Source: Acidimicrobiia bacterium (GTDB taxonomy: Bacteria; Actinomycetota; Acidimicrobiia; Spongiisociales; Spongiisociaceae). From it: a stretch of DNA of 17,345 bases. The DNA lies in the NCBI GenBank assembly GCA_041576165.1, contig JBFGLM010000078.1:1-17345 (forward strand), read 5' to 3'. The position numbers and the translations under genes were made by a program. The notes under the pieces are model-generated. The model had not been told where the DNA came from. It saw nothing but the letters and a program-made list of their open reading frames with translations, and ran no database searches. This document shows positions 15,499 through 17,345 of this stretch, piece by piece. How positions within the stretch are numbered: position 1 is the first letter of the stretch; the number at the start of each line of letters is the position of its first letter.

Positions 15499-17286
15499 AT
15501 GAATCGAAGTAGACGGTCCAGTCGTTGGGGTGCGTTGCTCAGCGCCCTGCTCGCGCTCGCATTGATCGCGGCGGCCTGCTCGGACGACGAGGGCGACGGT
15601 CCCGGCACGACGGCGGCCACCACTGCCGGTACGACCGCAACGACGACAGGGGACACTACGGGGACCACGGCGGCGGCCACGACAACCTCCCCACCCGATA
15701 CCGGCGGTGAAGTGAATAACCCCGGGGTCTTCGTGCACGCGGCAGACGACGAGCCGACGACGCTTGATCCCGCCCAAGTGGAACCGGGCGAGGGCGGCGA
15801 GACGGTGATCCTCCAGGTCTACGAGCGTCTTCTCGAGATCGGCACGGTTGGTCCCGACCCGGTACCCAGCCTGGCCACCGAGGTTCCAAGTGTTACTAAC
15901 GGCCTCATCAGCGCCGACGGACTGACGTACACGTTCCCGATCCGCCAGGGCGTTACGTTCCACGATGGCTCACCGCTGACCGCGGACGACGTCCTGTTCT
16001 CGTGGGAGCGGGTCATGACGATGGATCTTCCCGAGGGTGCTGCCGGCGTGCTGTCTGACACGGTCGACAGCATGCGCATGGTGGACGACTTCACGTTCGA
16101 AGTAACTCTGCAGGAGCCGAACGCGGCTTTCCTCAACGCGGTCGTGCCGGCGATGGTGTCCTCCATCGTGAGCCGAGCGTATGTCGAGGCCAACGGCGGC
16201 GTCGTCGCAGGTGAGGGGAACGAGGTCATGGCCGGCAACCCGAACGGCACCGGGCCGTATAGCTTTGTGGCCTGGAACCGCAGCGAGAACCTCCAGTTCG
16301 AGGTGTTCGACGGCTACTGGGGCACGCCTGCCAACCTCGATCTGCGCATCGTGATCGGCGCCAACCCGGACGTGCGCGTGCTTGGGCTGCGGGCCGGCGA
16401 CTACGACACGATCGAGACCGACCCCTCGTTCATCGACGACATCGTGGGCGCCGAAGGAGTCACGATCTTCGCCGAGGGGCTGACGGTGGAGCCGATCCAC
16501 ATCGGCTTCAACCTGAAGTACAACCCGGATGATCTGCCGGATTCGGACAGGATTCCGGAAGGGATGTTGGAGGACCCGCGGGTACGCCAAGCGTTCAACT
16601 ACGTGTTCAACTACAGCGCATTCGTTGACTCCGCTCTCGGCGGATTCGGCGACTACAACCCGCACTACATCCCGCAAGGGATCTTCGGATACGACCCAGC
16701 GGCGCCTCGCTATGACACTCAGGACCTGGCCAAGGCCGAGGAACTGTTCCGCGCTGCCGGCGTCTGGGACGAGGGATTCTCGATCTCGGTGGTCACCGAA
16801 GAAGCCAACCTCTTCGAGGTGGCGGCCCTGGTCTTCAAGGACTCGATCGACCAGCTCGGCAACCCGAACTTCAACATCACGGTTGCTTCGGTGGCCGAAG
16901 CCGTGTTCGACGAGGCCCACGCCTCGGATCCGGTGCCGTATGCGATGTGGGTGAAGAACGCCGATCCGTTCGCCGACCCGCACGCCTACGTCGACTCCTA
17001 CACCCACCCCGATGGGGAGTGGGGCGAGATCCACGACTTCCGCGCCGGCTACCAGGACCCGGATCGGATTGCCGATCTGATCGACCGGGCCAAAGTGGAG
17101 CTGGATCCTGCAGCCCGCGCTGCTCTGTACTCTGAGCTGCAGCAGGTGCTGTTCGAGGATCCGATGTGGCTGATCGCAGCTCAAGAGGGTGTGGTTTCGG
17201 CCCGCCGTGACTGGGTGACCGGATTCATCTCGAACCCACTGTGGCCGCGACCCAGCCTGAAGTTCGCCCTGATGGACAAGGGCTGA
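15499..17286 (+). CDS. ABC transporter substrate-binding lipoprotein, family 5 (peptide/nickel/opine type)
   Basis: Signal peptide with lipobox LIAAAC, Thr-rich linker, TLDPA, SADGLTYTFPIRQGVTFHDGSPLTADDV, GTGPY, DPRVRQA. Start 15499 (RBS GAGGAAGG) or 15484. Confidence 0.95.
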   Translation: MNRSRRSSRWGALLSALLALALIAAACSDDEGDGPGTTAATTAGTTATTTGDTTGTTAAATTTSPPDTGGEVNNPGVFVHAADDEPTTLDPAQVEPGEGGETVILQVYERLLEIGTVGPDPVPSLATEVPSVTNGLISADGLTYTFPIRQGVTFHDGSPLTADDVLFSWERVMTMDLPEGAAGVLSDTVDSMRMVDDFTFEVTLQEPNAAFLNAVVPAMVSSIVSRAYVEANGGVVAGEGNEVMAGNPNGTGPYSFVAWNRSENLQFEVFDGYWGTPANLDLRIVIGANPDVRVLGLRAGDYDTIETDPSFIDDIVGAEGVTIFAEGLTVEPIHIGFNLKYNPDDLPDSDRIPEGMLEDPRVRQAFNYVFNYSAFVDSALGGFGDYNPHYIPQGIFGYDPAAPRYDTQDLAKAEELFRAAGVWDEGFSISVVTEEANLFEVAALVFKDSIDQLGNPNFNITVASVAEAVFDEAHASDPVPYAMWVKNADPFADPHAYVDSYTHPDGEWGEIHDFRAGYQDPDRIADLIDRAKVELDPAARAALYSELQQVLFEDPMWLIAAQEGVVSARRDWVTGFISNPLWPRPSLKFALMDKG

Positions 17287-17345
17287 TAGCCGCCGGCTAG
17301 CCAGTTAGACGAAGCGTGGCGGCGCGGTCCCCGGATACTCCCGGG

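Noticed and set aside
15595-15700. Tandem ACS-rich repeat in the binding protein
   Set aside because: Ordinary Thr/Ala/Gly lipoprotein linker, not a DNA repeat element.
15970-17184. Long antisense ORFs (also 14315..15157, 13392..14336, 2420..3271)
   Set aside because: Shadow frames of well-supported genes caused by GC3 bias.
17327-17345. Terminator after the ABC binding protein
   Set aside because: The possible hairpin is cut by the window edge and cannot be evaluated.

Overview
GC-rich bacterial DNA, probably an actinobacterium; the Thr-rich lipoprotein linker, DUF222/HNH gene and TANNNT promoters suggest Acidimicrobiia-like (inference). Two blocks of catabolic/redox genes flank a central mobile segment. 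The left block (1-7650) holds an AhpD-like partial gene, an MDR dehydrogenase, an LVIVD propeller, an ACMSD-like amidohydrolase, a small helical protein, a PrdB-like selenoprotein, an alpha/beta hydrolase, an aldo/keto reductase, a GNAT remnant and an RraA protein. The ORF track splits the selenoprotein gene in two; it is one frame with an in-frame UGA in a U-x-x-C motif followed by a SECIS-like hairpin, and no PrdA partner is in the window. The centre (~7670-11000) holds an IS110 element with a 1-nt frameshift and two homologous structured bridge-RNA-like modules, one on each side of the recombinase gene. It is followed by a DUF222/HNH gene with a PafBC/RecA-NDp-type promoter and paired 38-bp palindromes. 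The right block (11147-17286) is an operon (2-hydroxyacid dehydrogenase, creatininase, cupin, Gfo/Idh/MocA, LLM) divergent from a family-5 ABC substrate-binding lipoprotein with LacI-type operators.
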